In this document: one piece after another, positions 12,238-23,065 of the stretch | Layout of the letters: each line of letters opens with the position of its first letter | Position numbering within the stretch: position 1 is the first letter of the stretch | NCBI GenBank assembly: GCA_951406725.2 | Contig: OX597837.1 | Span: 46,562,001 to 46,626,000, forward strand | Source of the DNA: Octopus vulgaris | Taxonomy: Eukaryota | Direction: 5' to 3' | Length of the DNA stretch: 64,000 bases | Program-made: the position numbers and the translations under genes | Notes under the pieces: model-generated | What the model was told of the DNA's origin: nothing | The model's database searches: none | Seen by the model: only the letters and a program-made list of their open reading frames with translations

Positions 12238-12900
12238 CATTCTTTTATGAAAATCATCAGAATTGTTCCTAAATTATGTTTCACCATTTACGATGTATTT
12301 CCCAAGATATTGACTCATAAAATGGTTAGAGTTGTTGTTGTCGTTGTTGTTGATGTCTCTGTAGATTCTGAGTAGTCACTTGACTTGTTCACAGTAGCGA
12401 CCTGGTCTTTCTTCTGCAACAGATGCTGTTAATTTTGTTGTAGTCACTTGACCTGTTCACTATATCAGGCTGGTTTTTCTTTTTTTATGAAAGCCATTAG
12501 AATTGTTCCTCCATTATATTCCACCATATTCTGTATATTTCCTCAGATATCGACTAATAATCTGCTAGAGTTGCTGTTATTGTTGTTCTCTTTGATGATT
12601 CCATCTCATCAGTTACTTGACCTATTCACTGTAGCTGCCTGGCCTTTCTTCTTCCACAGATTCTCTTGGTTCTCTGCAGACACTTGACTTGTTCACTCTA
12701 GCAATGTTGATTCTGTGGAGTCATCTGATCAGTTCACTGTCACTGCCTGACCTGTTTCTGTGGAGTCGCCTGTCTGTGGTGGCCTTCAACATGTTCTGTT
12801 AATTTTGAATAAGTCATCTTATAATGTGGTCAGTTGACCTTCTCTGTAGTAAACTGATCTTTCTTTAATGTACGCTGGTGATCCTGTATAATCATTCGAC
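12238..12900 (+). repeat. Diverged ~240-bp tandem duplication plus degenerate minisatellite (gtcacttgacctgttcactgtag)
   Basis: ttttatgaaa..cat.agaattgttcct at ~12243 and ~12483; short motif recurs at ~12375, 12443, 12612, 12679, 12720, 12829. Confidence 0.7.
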
Positions 12901-13134
12901 GTGAGTATGCGGGTATTTTGAAAATACCTCACGAAGTGATGACCATACCCTGCATAAGTTACGGGCTACCCTTTGGCAAGCATAGCAACCATTCAGCCAC
13001 CCTGCCAGGGATACAGTGAAATCATGGGATTGCAGCAGAAGATCTCAACTGAGCTGATGATACTTCTTACATTGATGCTGAGCAGAGGAATCCTGGAAGA
13101 TCAATTGCCAGGACCACCAAGCTCCATCAAGAGA

Positions 13135-13314
13135 TGCCAAAATGCTTAGTGGTAACATTGTAATTCTGCTGAGGTCGACTTTGCCTTTCATCCTTTCGGG
13201 GTCGATAAATTAAGTACCAGTTATGCACTGGGGTCGATTTAATCGATTTAATCCCTCTGTCTGTTCTTGTTTGTCTCCTCTATGTTTAGCTCCTTGTGGA
13301 CAATAAAGAAATAA
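13135..13314 (+). mobile_element. Meta-domain-type SINE
   Basis: gaggtcgactttgcctttcatcctttcggggtcgataaattaagtaccag. Confidence 0.85.
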
Positions 13315-13879
13315 GTGTAACACTTCCATTGGGGCAGTGTCAGTGGTTGTGTAATCAGCTAATGAAAGATTCACTATGACTCAAGCCTGAGTATTCTGTC
13401 CCTGCAACCCTCTCGGAAACAGTGGGCAACGATAGTGTGTGAGAGTCATGTGAATCCATGCAAGCTGTGTGACCGAGAATACGAGTCATTCGACCTGTTC
13501 ACTCTGGTAGTCTATTCTTCCTAAACAAAATCTTTCCTTGCTTTTTAAGATGGCAGCTAATGAGCTGCATGTTTTAAGTTATACAAATAATCAACCAATT
13601 TTACAGCCATAACTCTCAAGCAAATATGATTTGGTAATATGTACCTTGCTTTTATTGTTTTAAGTGCCTTTGTAGCCATAAGTAGATATTAGACTGTCTC
13701 TCTTTGCCCTTTCACTGTTGATATTAAGGATGTGACAGCTAGACAGAGATATGGTTAGGCCAGTACTCAGCGTGTACTCATTTCAGCTGAGTAGACTGGA
13801 ATAGCATGAAATCCTAAGCACTAGGCCACACACTTTCTGTTTCATATTTTGGAAATGTCTGTATGGATACAATATTGTG

Positions 13880-14055
13880 ATCATTATCATTTAATGTGCG
13901 ATCTCTATGCTGGCATGGGTTGGATGGTTTGACAGGAGCTGGCAAGCCAGAAAGACTGTGCCAAACCCTTTGGCATGGTTTCTATGGCTGGATGCTTTTC
14001 CTAATGGCAACCACTTTACAGAGGGTACTGGGGGCTTTCTATGTGGCTCCAGCAT
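13880..14055 (-). mobile_element. RTE-related non-autonomous element with (GAT)n tail
   Basis: atgctggcatgggttggatgg...gctggatgcttttcctaatggcaaccact, reverse of the ggcgttaggaagggcatccagc motif seen at 28929-28950. Confidence 0.7.
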
Positions 14056-14139
14056 CAGTGAGGTTACCAAGGAACTTGCAAAGCAAAGACCCCCAACACT
14101 TGGGAGTAACTGAGATATTATTTCTTCCTGAATGGGATA

Positions 14140-14295
14140 CTATTGCAGGGTTACCTATTTGCAGCTGAGTGGACTGGAGCAAGATGAAATGAAGTGTTTT
14201 GCTCATGAACACAATGTACTGCTCGGTCCAGGAATCAAAACCATGATCTTGTGATCATGAATGCAACACCCTAACCACTGGGTCACTCACCTTCA
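14140..14295 (-). mobile_element. tRNA-derived SINE (third family) fragment
   Basis: Minus strand gacccagtggttagggtgttg (A box), gttttgattcctggacc (B box), tgtgttcatgagcaaaacacttc; a related piece lies at 13775-13812. Confidence 0.6.
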
Positions 14296-14481
14296 CTATG
14301 TAATCAGTGGCATTGATAAATTCTCAATTCCACCCTTATGCATTCTCTCTCCTTCTCACCATTCTCAATAATTGTCAAAGAGATTAGGCATCAGTTTCCT
14401 TCTCTTTTAACTCTTTAGCATTTGAGCCAGCCACATCCGGCCCAAATATTCTACCTGTTTTATGTTCACATTGGCCAGACA

Positions 14482-14665
14482 CCAGTGTTGGTGTGTTTAC
14501 ATCCCTTTAACTTAGTGGTTTGGCAAAAAGAGACTGATAGAATAAGTACCAGGCTTAAAAAGAAAATAAGTACTGGAGTTGATTAGTTTGACTAAAATTC
14601 TTCAAGGCGGTGCCCCAGCATGGCCCCAGCATGGCTTCAGTCTAATGATTGAAACAAGATAAATG
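14482..14665 (+). mobile_element. 3' half of CORE-type SINE, preceded by a partial TTAA MITE (~14407-14480)
   Basis: gtgttggtgtgtttac...agaataagtaccaggc...ccccagcatggc...gtctaatgattgaaacaag. Confidence 0.75.
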
Positions 14666-14756
14666 TATGTAAGAAAAAAGTTAACGAAGCTCTGAGACTT
14701 TCTACCAAGTCACTCACAATTTTATGCTGGTTGTAGACCTGAGACAATATCCAGAA

Positions 14757-15490
14757 CCCCCTCCCCCACCACCTTCTACCTTCATTATCACCACTGCTAT
14801 GACTACCACAAACACCTTCGCTCTTGCCACTCCACCCTCACTATCGTTTTTAATATCATCCCCTACCCCTCCTCCTTCACCATCATACCATCATCCTCAT
14901 CACAAATACTACCCATCATCCCCAAGTTTTTCCATCACCATCTTCAAAATCACCTCACCACCACCACCACTACCATCACCACCATTGTCGGCACCACCAC
15001 CACCACCACCATTATCATCACCATACCACAACCACTGTTACTGCTATCACACCATCTCCACCAACTGCCCCACCATCCTCACCTTTCCTATTTTATTTTA
15101 TCAAGTAATTGGTCCTTCTCTAATCTATTGCCATGGTTAGTTTAGTTATCTCCTTCCTCTCCTCCTCCTCCACCACTCCACCATCGAGATTAAAAAAAAA
15201 AAAATTACTCTTTCTTATGTCTTTTTTATTGTTTGTTCTTCTCTCTTTTTTTTAATGGTTTTATTTCTGTGGATTGCCATTTTGGCTGCTGGTTGTATAA
15301 TCTCAGTGTTGGTGGTGGCGATGGTAGTAGGAATATTGAGGTGTCGGAGATGGTGGTGGTGGTGGTGCCGAGGGTATAATGGTGGGAAGAGTGTAGAGGG
15401 CAAGTGGCTGTGGATGTTGTACCAGCCGGTGGTGGTAGTGATGGTGGAAATAACATTGTTGTGTGGGATATGAAAAAGGGTGATGGTAAG
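14757..15490. repeat. (CCA/CAT)n-rich low-complexity tract followed by (GGT)n-rich tract
   Basis: accaccacc runs at 14757-15185; ggtggtggt runs at 15310-15490. Confidence 0.8.
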
Positions 15491-16081
15491 GTTGGTTTTT
15501 TTTTTTTACCTAACCTTTTGGAACATTCCACTGTAATTCTAAGCATTACTCAACTGTGAGGAGGGAGAAAAAATCACTGTTCTAAGCTTTTATCTCCATT
15601 TTTCTTTTCTTCCTTTCTCTGCTTCTCTTTCTTTTTTATATTCCTCTGCCCTACCCCTTTTCTTTCTTTTTATCTCTCCTCCCTCCCCTTCTCTCTATAT
15701 CTCTTCATCCCCTTTATCTCTTTCTCTCTCTGCCTGTCTTTTTCACTTTCTCTTCTGGCAAAAACATTATGCATAATGGTTTCAAAAAAGAAACTGGAAA
15801 AGAACCGTCTCTCCTTGAAATGCTGTGTCCATTGTTGTCTGATATATTCCATCGTGACAAAAGGCTGAGCCAAAACTTTTCTCCCCAAGACACCATTGAT
15901 TTCGGATCAAAACAAGAAAAAATGTTTCCCCAGGGGCCTGGCATTTTATTTTTATGCATGGAACAGTCTACCTGCTTCTTTCATTTTTTTCTTTTTTAGT
16001 CACACTGGTCCCTGTCTGTCCCTTTTCATAAAGTAAACTCACTGAATCCCTGTGTGTCATAGGCAGTAGCTAAAAAAATTA

Positions 16082-16236
16082 GGTGTCGGCATGGCTGTGT
16101 GGTATGAAGATTGCTTCCCAACCACATTGTTCTGGGTTCAGTCTCACTGTGTGGCACCTTGGGCAAGTGTCTTTTTCTACAGCCTTGGGCTCACCAAAGC
16201 TCAGTAAGTGGATTTGGTAGATGGAAGCCCAGCATA
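16082..16236 (+). mobile_element. 5' part of CORE-type SINE, interrupted by Helitron
   Basis: ggcatggctgtgtggt...gggttcagtctcact...caccttgggcaagtgtc...ggatttggtagatggaa. Confidence 0.8.
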
Positions 16237-16617
16237 TCTCTCTCTATATAAACGGCAGTTTGTCTGTGCGTGTTTCTGTGTGTCTGTTTTCTCGTACCCT
16301 CACCCTGACCACGGCTTTCAACCGATTCTGATGAAACTTGACACACACATAGCCCAATGTCATAATTCAAAACTAACGCAGCGAAAATTTTAAAAAGTTC
16401 CCCCAGTTCTGAAAAAATCGATAAATTCGACATGGGGTCGAGAATCAGAAACCCAAACCACAGACTGTCTAGGGGACGCAACTCCACCTTTTTTAACTCT
16501 CAAAAAATTTACCATCATTTTTTTTCCATTTTTTGCTATTTTTTGGCTATTACTCTCTAAAAATGCTTTATAGTTATTTCCCTTACAAACCTGAGCAACG
16601 CCGGGCGATACTGCTAG
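16237..16617 (+). mobile_element. Non-autonomous Helitron
   Basis: 5' TC after A; 3' GC-rich imperfect hairpin cctgagcaacgccggg about 8 nt before terminal CTAG; next base T (A|T insertion, no TSD). Confidence 0.8.
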
Positions 16618-17404
16618 TATAACATAATATTATATATATATATATATATACATATATCTCAGAAGCGACTCCAGGTCATCAGCATCACTGAAGCGCATCA
16701 CAGATTTCACATAAGACACATGCCTGCCCAAAGAATTTCACGTTTCTCCACTTTATTTCTAGCCCCAAATGGCTTATTTTTTTTTTATCTAGCACTGTGT
16801 CTTTCTCCATTTCTAAGTTAAGGGTAAGAAATAAAAGCAACCCTGCAAGACACAACCAATCTTTACACATAGACGCACAGAATAACAACAATCAAATAAC
16901 GACATCAGAGTGCACAACAAACTGTTGCCTGTACTCAACAAGAGATCCCAGTTAGTCTTTTACACCTACCAGGTGTGTCTGTATTAGATTGAGTTGCTGG
17001 ATAATTTTTTGTTCCTTTAAAAATATTGTAGAACAGAAACTTTTCATAGATTGGAATTTAAATCCTAATCTCTATAGAAATTTATTGTTTCAAGAAAACA
17101 TTGAATTTCAATTACTTTTAATTTTTACGATTATAGATAACAACTCAGATTGGCAAGAGAATGTCTGCTTTGAGTGATGTTTTTTGACACAGGGCACCCC
17201 TAAGACAACCACCAGATGCTGAACGAAAATAAATGAATTGCAACCAGGCTTAATAAAAGGAGCCGAGTTATTGGCTGCAATTACATATTTGAAGTCAGTG
17301 TTGGCAGAAATTAAATCAACTTGCAATTACACAGTCACTTTACTAAATTTATACTCGGGCTAAGCCCAAACAGCCTGAGTGCCAGAGTTGCCACTGATAT
17401 ATAT

Positions 17405-17590
17405 GTGTGTGTGTGTGTGTTTGTGTTTGTCCCCATAACTTAGCAGTTTGGCAATAGACTGATAGAATAAGTACCAGGTTTTAAAAAATTGAACAAATTG
17501 AACTGGAATTCATTCATTTGACTGAAATTCTTCAAGGCAGTGCCCCAGCATGGCCATAGTCAAATGACTGGAACAAGTAATAAAAAAAAA
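17405..17590 (+). mobile_element. 3' half of CORE-type SINE
   Basis: taacttagcagtttggc...agaataagtaccagg...ccccagcatggccatagtcaaatgactgg. Confidence 0.75.
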
Positions 17591-18049
17591 TAGGACATCC
17601 AACTGCAAAATATCTCAAAAATGTTTTTTTTTCCAACTTGTGCCAGTATGGAAAATTGGTTTTTAACTCTGTTTTTAAAAACAGTAACTCTGTCTTCAAA
17701 GTCTCCTTGTTTCTCCCTCCTCCCCCTTTTCTCTTTCTGACCCCTTTTCCTCCACTCTGACATTTCCCCTGCTCTCTTTTAGGCTGTCACTCTCATTTTC
17801 CTTGTTCTCTTCTCTCTTTCACACTCCAGATGTTTCTCAGCTTTGTAATTAATGTCCCACATATGTCACCCTTGTAACCATAAAACTCTGCTGCTGCTTT
17901 ACTGATCCTAGAAGAAGACTAAGTTTTCATTTCATAGATGTGCTTGTCTAGAAAGTGATTGGGTCTAAGAGAGTGTGTTGATACAACATAGAAGACACAT
18001 TAGCCATTCATAAACACACAAAAACTGCTAACTTTGCTTCAGCATTTAT

Positions 18050-18235
18050 TATTTTGTGTCTGTTCTAACTGAGATCTATAAATCAAAGGCATTCTAGCTG
18101 TGATCATCCTGTTTTTTTTCCCTAATGTTCAGTGAACCTAGGTTTCTGTTACCCAACATATCATTTTCAGAAATGTTAATTTGGCTGCTGTTTCTAGCAG
18201 ATTGAATTATTGCATGGCAGGTCCCTCACTGGTTC
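18050..18235 (-). mobile_element. Family H copy
   Basis: Minus head gaaccagtgagggacc...ctgctagaaacagcagccaaat; body atcaaaggcattctagctgtgatcatcc on +. Confidence 0.65.
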
Positions 18236-18270
18236 ATAAAAGGTATTGAATTGGAACTGAAGATGGTGAC

Positions 18271-18497
18271 AATCCATTAGTATTCAGATTATTCTGTCAA
18301 ATGTAATGCTTATGTAATCAAATTGGTTTGAATTAATCATGCAAAGACGTTGTAGCATTAACATTTTGAGGATGTAGTTGCTTATTCTTAGAATGGCATT
18401 GTGGGATAAGTGTGCAAAGCCAGATCCGACCAGTTTGAACACAGAACAGGTAGAATATTTGGGCCGGATATGGCCTGTTTAAATGCTAAAGGGTTAA
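18271..18497 (+). mobile_element. piggyBac-like MITE family 1 (~225 bp, TIR CCCTTTAGCATT, TTAA site)
   Basis: Ends aaatgctaaagggTTAA; same body as 28381-28606, 29079-29304, 36976-37205, 46126-46343, 58292-58517. Confidence 0.75.
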
Positions 18498-18596
18498 ACA
18501 ACTGCATTGACTTTACTCAAGATGTTTTAATATCTTGGTCTTGATCACCACTGATCTCTGCATAGATTAATGGTTGATTTCCAAATGTGGGATTCT

Positions 18597-18790
18597 CATC
18601 AATCCTCATAATCATCTGCTTTCCATGCTGGTATGGGTTGAATGGTTCGACAGGAGCCAATGAGCCAGAGGACTGTGCCAAGCTCCAATGTCCCCTTTGG
18701 CATAGTTTCTACAACTGGATACCCTTCTTGATGCTAACCACTCAACAGAGTGTACTGGGTGGTTTTTGACGTGGCACCAGCATTTGAGGT
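18597..18790 (-). mobile_element. RTE-related (GAT)n-tailed element
   Basis: ttccatgctggtatgggttg...ctggatacccttcttgatgctaaccact. Confidence 0.7.
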
Positions 18791-19087
18791 CACCAAGTGA
18801 ATCACAAGACAAGATCTTTCAACTGGGGAAGGTGGTGTGGTACTTTATGCCAAGTGAAGAGAGGGGACAGAAACAGGAATTGAAGCAACTCCTGGTTCTT
18901 AAGCCAAAGGTAGCTATCTCAGAAATCAAAACCGTTCAATTGAAGGGAGGTACCTATAGCATTTATGTTCCCATTTTTCAGCTGTCTTAGAGAAATAAAA
19001 TTTATATCCAAAATGCATTTGTTATTTAGATTCACTTATACATCTTTAGAACTTGTTTGATGGGTTACTTATATTTGGTGTTACTCA

Positions 19088-19295
19088 AGGCAGTGAGCTG
19101 GCAGAATCTTTAGCATGCCAGGCAAAATGTTTACCCACCTTTTTGCCTGCCTTTACATTCTGGGTTCAAATTACTCCAAGGTTGACTTGACCTTTTATCC
19201 TTTTAGGGTTGATAAAATAAGAACTAGCTGAGCACTGATGTAATTGACTTATCCCCTCTCCCAAAATTGCTGGCCTTGTGCCAAAATTTGAATCT
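19088..19295 (+). mobile_element. Meta-domain-type SINE (diverged)
   Basis: ggcagtgagctggcagaatc head; aggttgacttgaccttttatcc...gggttgataaaataag. Confidence 0.75.
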
Positions 19296-19777
19296 GATAT
19301 TTGATTATACATGTTAGGCTGCATGTTGTTATCCATATTAAAACCAAGTCCACTCAAAGTTTATGAGGAAACCATTTATTGACATTAAGATATGCAGAGT
19401 TTTATTGACATGCATAGATGATGCGCTAGAAGTGTCTAGATAGGCATTTATCACTAGAGAAATGACTGCATGCTCTCTAGAAAAGATAGCTATGTTTTCA
19501 TGTTGTGAGGGGCTGGAAAATTTGTGTTCATTGTAGACAAACAATTCCTTTTTACCCAGGGTTGAGTATTGACTAAGAAACTCTGTCTTCTCACCGATCC
19601 CTGTTGCCTCTCCGGCTCCCTTGACTCATTGTGGTGCACGTCTCAGTTTATAGCCATGTTTTTTGCGGGGAAACTAATGGAAAATTCTATTGATCAAGTG
19701 ATTGCAGCTGAAATACTATTGGTCAGAATTCAGGACAAGCCACCTAATATGCTGTGCTCTATTTCTTGTTACTGTGC

Positions 19778-20005
19778 TGTCATCATCATTGTTTAACGTC
19801 TGTTTTCCATGCTGGCATGGGTTGGACGGTTCGACCGGGGTCTGGGAAGCCAGGAGGCTGCACCAGGCCCAGTCAGATCTGGCAGTGTTTCTACAGCTGG
19901 ATGCCTTTCCTAATGCCAACCACTCCGTGAGTGTAATGTATGCTTTTTATGTGCCACCGGCACAGTTGCCAGGCGGGGCTGGCAATGACCATGATCGGTT
20001 GGTGC
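19778..20005 (-). mobile_element. RTE-related (GAT)n-tailed element
   Basis: catcatcattgtttaacgtctgttttccatgctggcatgggttggacgg...ctggatgcctttcctaatgccaaccactcc. Confidence 0.8.
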
Positions 20006-20452
20006 TGTCTTGGTTTCAAATCTAAACCCTGCGTCACATTTAAGTTATGCATTTTTTATGCAATAAATACTACACGTACACACACACCACACGCACTTAA
20101 AAGAAATAGTAGTCAATATATGTAGAATTTGTTTATACTTTGATGCGTGTACATGAGAGATATATATGCAGTTTCTATAAGGTTTAATACACAAGTAGAT
20201 AGCAGAATAGCATAAAATACAACTAAATTAGACAGTCAATTAAAATAGTTTTATAAGGAGACAAAAATAAAAATAAAATGTTAATAAAAAGAAAAGCAAG
20301 TTTGAAACAAAAGCTCCATCTAGTTAGTTGTGTTCCTTTATGTCCTAAGTTGAAAACCTTGTCATGGTCATCTTTGCCTTTAATCCTACTGAGGTTTGAT
20401 AAAATATAAAACAGTCAAGCATGAGAAGTTGATAAAAATTGCACATACATAT

Positions 20453-20615
20453 AGGTGCAGGAGTGGCTGTGTGGTAAGTAGCTTGCTTACCAACCATGTT
20501 TCTGAGTTCAGTCCCACTGCATGGCACCTTGGGCAAGTGTCTTCTACTATAAGCCTCAGGCTGACCAAAGCCTTGTGAGTGAATCTGGTAGACGGAAACT
20601 GAAAGAAGCCTGTCG

Positions 20616-20652
<37 letters not shown>

Positions 20653-20858
20653 GTATATGTGTGTGTATTTATCTCCCCAACATTGCTTGACAACCGATGC
20701 TGATGTGTTCTTGTCCCCCGTAACTTAGCGGTTCGGCAAAAGAGATTGATAGAATAAGTACTAAGCTTACAAAGAATAAGTCCCAGGGTTGATTTGCTTG
20801 AGTAAAGTCAGTGCTCCAGCATGGCCACAGTCAAATGACTGAAACAAATAAAAAGAAT
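20453..20858 (+). mobile_element. Full-length CORE-type SINE with internal (TA)n
   Basis: Same organisation as 3390-3741, with CpG->TpG/CpA decay. Confidence 0.85.
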
Positions 20859-21023
20859 ACCATTCCCTCTCTCGAAATATATGATCTTGTGCCTATGTTA
20901 AAAATCAATAATTATTTGGTTGTTTACCTTTTGTTAATTCTTATTTCCAAACGAATTAGTTTATACTTAGAAAGGTGTTCCAACAGTATTAGCCAAGGCC
21001 ATGTCTAATTGATGTAGAATGTG

Positions 21024-21090
<67 letters not shown>

Positions 21091-21402
21091 TATATATATA
21101 TATGTATATATAATGTGTGTGTTGTGTACATTTTATTTTTAATATGATTGTTTTATGTGAGACTAATTAAATCTTTCAGCTAATTTGTTGTACATTGATT
21201 GGATAGACAGTGATAAGGAAATGGAAGTAAAAGATTCTTGCATATCTCATGACATATATACACACACATAGATATACACATACATACACACATATTTATA
21301 TATACATAAATATATACATATACCTATATATTACATACAACATATACATATACATGTAAAGTTTTGTAAGTACTATTAACAAATGAAACACGTATATGTA
21401 TG

Positions 21403-21444
<42 letters not shown>

Positions 21445-21447
<3 letters not shown>

Positions 21448-21732
21448 TCAACATCATTGTTTAATGTCCATTTTCCATGCTAGCACGGGTTGGACAGTTC
21501 GACCAGGGTCTGGGAAGCCAGGAGGCTGCACCAGGATCTGGCAGTGTTTCTACAGCTGGATGCCCTTCCTAACGCCAACCACTCTGTGAGTGTAGTGGGT
21601 GCTTTTTATGTGCCACTGGTGCAGTTGCCAGCGGAGGCTGGCAGCAGCCACAATTGGTTGGTGCTTTTTACGTGCCACCAGCACAGAAGCCAGTCAAGGC
21701 GGTGCTGGCATCGGCCACGTTCGGATGGTGCT
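21445..21732 (-). mobile_element. RTE-related (GAT)n-tailed element with internal gtgctttttacgtgccac subrepeats
   Basis: Near-identical to 19778-20005 and to the reverse complement of 28788-29074. Confidence 0.8.
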
Positions 21733-21925
21733 ATATATATATCACATGCACACATGTAAAACTCATGCATCTATATACATATAAATGTGTATGAGTCTAA
21801 TGTAGACTTTAAAATGACAATTAATTTTTTAAAAATATAACCATGTAACACACATTTGTCTGTTTATCTTGCTTATGTATGTGTGTGAATAATACACTTG
21901 TGTGTATGTGGAGGTTTATATATAC

Positions 21926-21972
<47 letters not shown>

Positions 21973-22081
21973 ATGTGTGGTACCTTGGGAAAGTGTTTTC
22001 TCTGAAATGAGTTGACAATTCTTTGTAAATGGAGACTTCACTGAAGCCCATTGTAAATATCTCTGTACACACACACACACA

Positions 22082-22113
<32 letters not shown>

Positions 22114-22587
22114 TACCCCCCCCACCCACACTCTTATGTATGGTTATATCTTGGAGCAATTGTTGTCTGTAATTAGCTAAGCGTTATTTACTCCTGTCTT
22201 CACCTCTGGCAATTAAATCTCTGATTGGAGTTTGTTTTTGTTTATTCATCATTAAACTTTTTGTTTGTTCAAAGATTAATTGAGAATTGTGAACTCTGTT
22301 GGTCTTCCATATAATTTCACAATTGATTTCTGATTTCTGTCACTGATTCAAAAGCTTTGAGTGTGTGTATGTGTGCATACAAGGATTTATTTCAAGTTGG
22401 TTGTTCTCATTTTATTTATTTTATATCATAGTTAGTTAGCAATAGTATCATTATTTGCAGGTTTCTAACGAGCCAATTACAAATTCATTGTATTTCTAAT
22501 GGCAAGAGTTACAAGGATGTGTACAAAGTAGTACTAAATTTTCTAAATGTAACAGATTATGTTAGAAAGGATCCCAAAATGAAAATT

Positions 22588-23065
22588 TGGGCTGTGTGGT
22601 AGGGATCTTGCTCCCTAACCACATGGTTCTGGGCAAGTGTTTTCTACTATAGTTTTGAGTCAACCTCAGCCTTGTGAGTGGATTTGGTAGACAGAAACTG
22701 TAAGAAGCTTGTTGTGTGTGTGTGTATCATTTAATGCACTCGGTATAAAGATACAAGCCACTAATAGCCTCCTGCTTTCGAGACATGGGTCCATTTATCT
22801 CTCACTGGATGGAATACTTTTTGGTTTTGGTTGATCTTAACTTAATGGAACAGTAAACCATGTGTGTGTGTTTCTTCCACCCCTTGGCAACTGGTGTTGG
22901 TTTGCTTACACTCTCCATGACTTAGCAGTTTGACAAAAAAAGTCTGACAGAATAAGTACCAGACTTGGAAATATGGACCAGGGTCAATCTGTTCAACTAA
23001 ACACTTCAAGGCAGTGATCCAGCATGGCCGCAGTCTAATATCTGATACAAGTAAAGATAAGATAA
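22588..23065 (+). mobile_element. CORE-type SINE (diverged, with internal insertion)
   Basis: ggctgtgtggt...tgggcaagtg...ccttgtgagtggatttggtagac...agcatggccgcagtctaata. Confidence 0.7.

Noticed and set aside
14724-15140. 138-aa proline-rich ORF
   Set aside because: Arises from (CCA)n low-complexity DNA; no domain or splice support
16348-16358. ctgatgaaac as a hammerhead core
   Set aside because: No room for stem II; part of the Helitron internal motif ccgattctgatgaaactt
22780-22812. Minus-strand ccagtga-gaga...tctc-gaaa hammerhead-like motif
   Set aside because: Core too diverged from CUGANGA, and stems I/III are not evident
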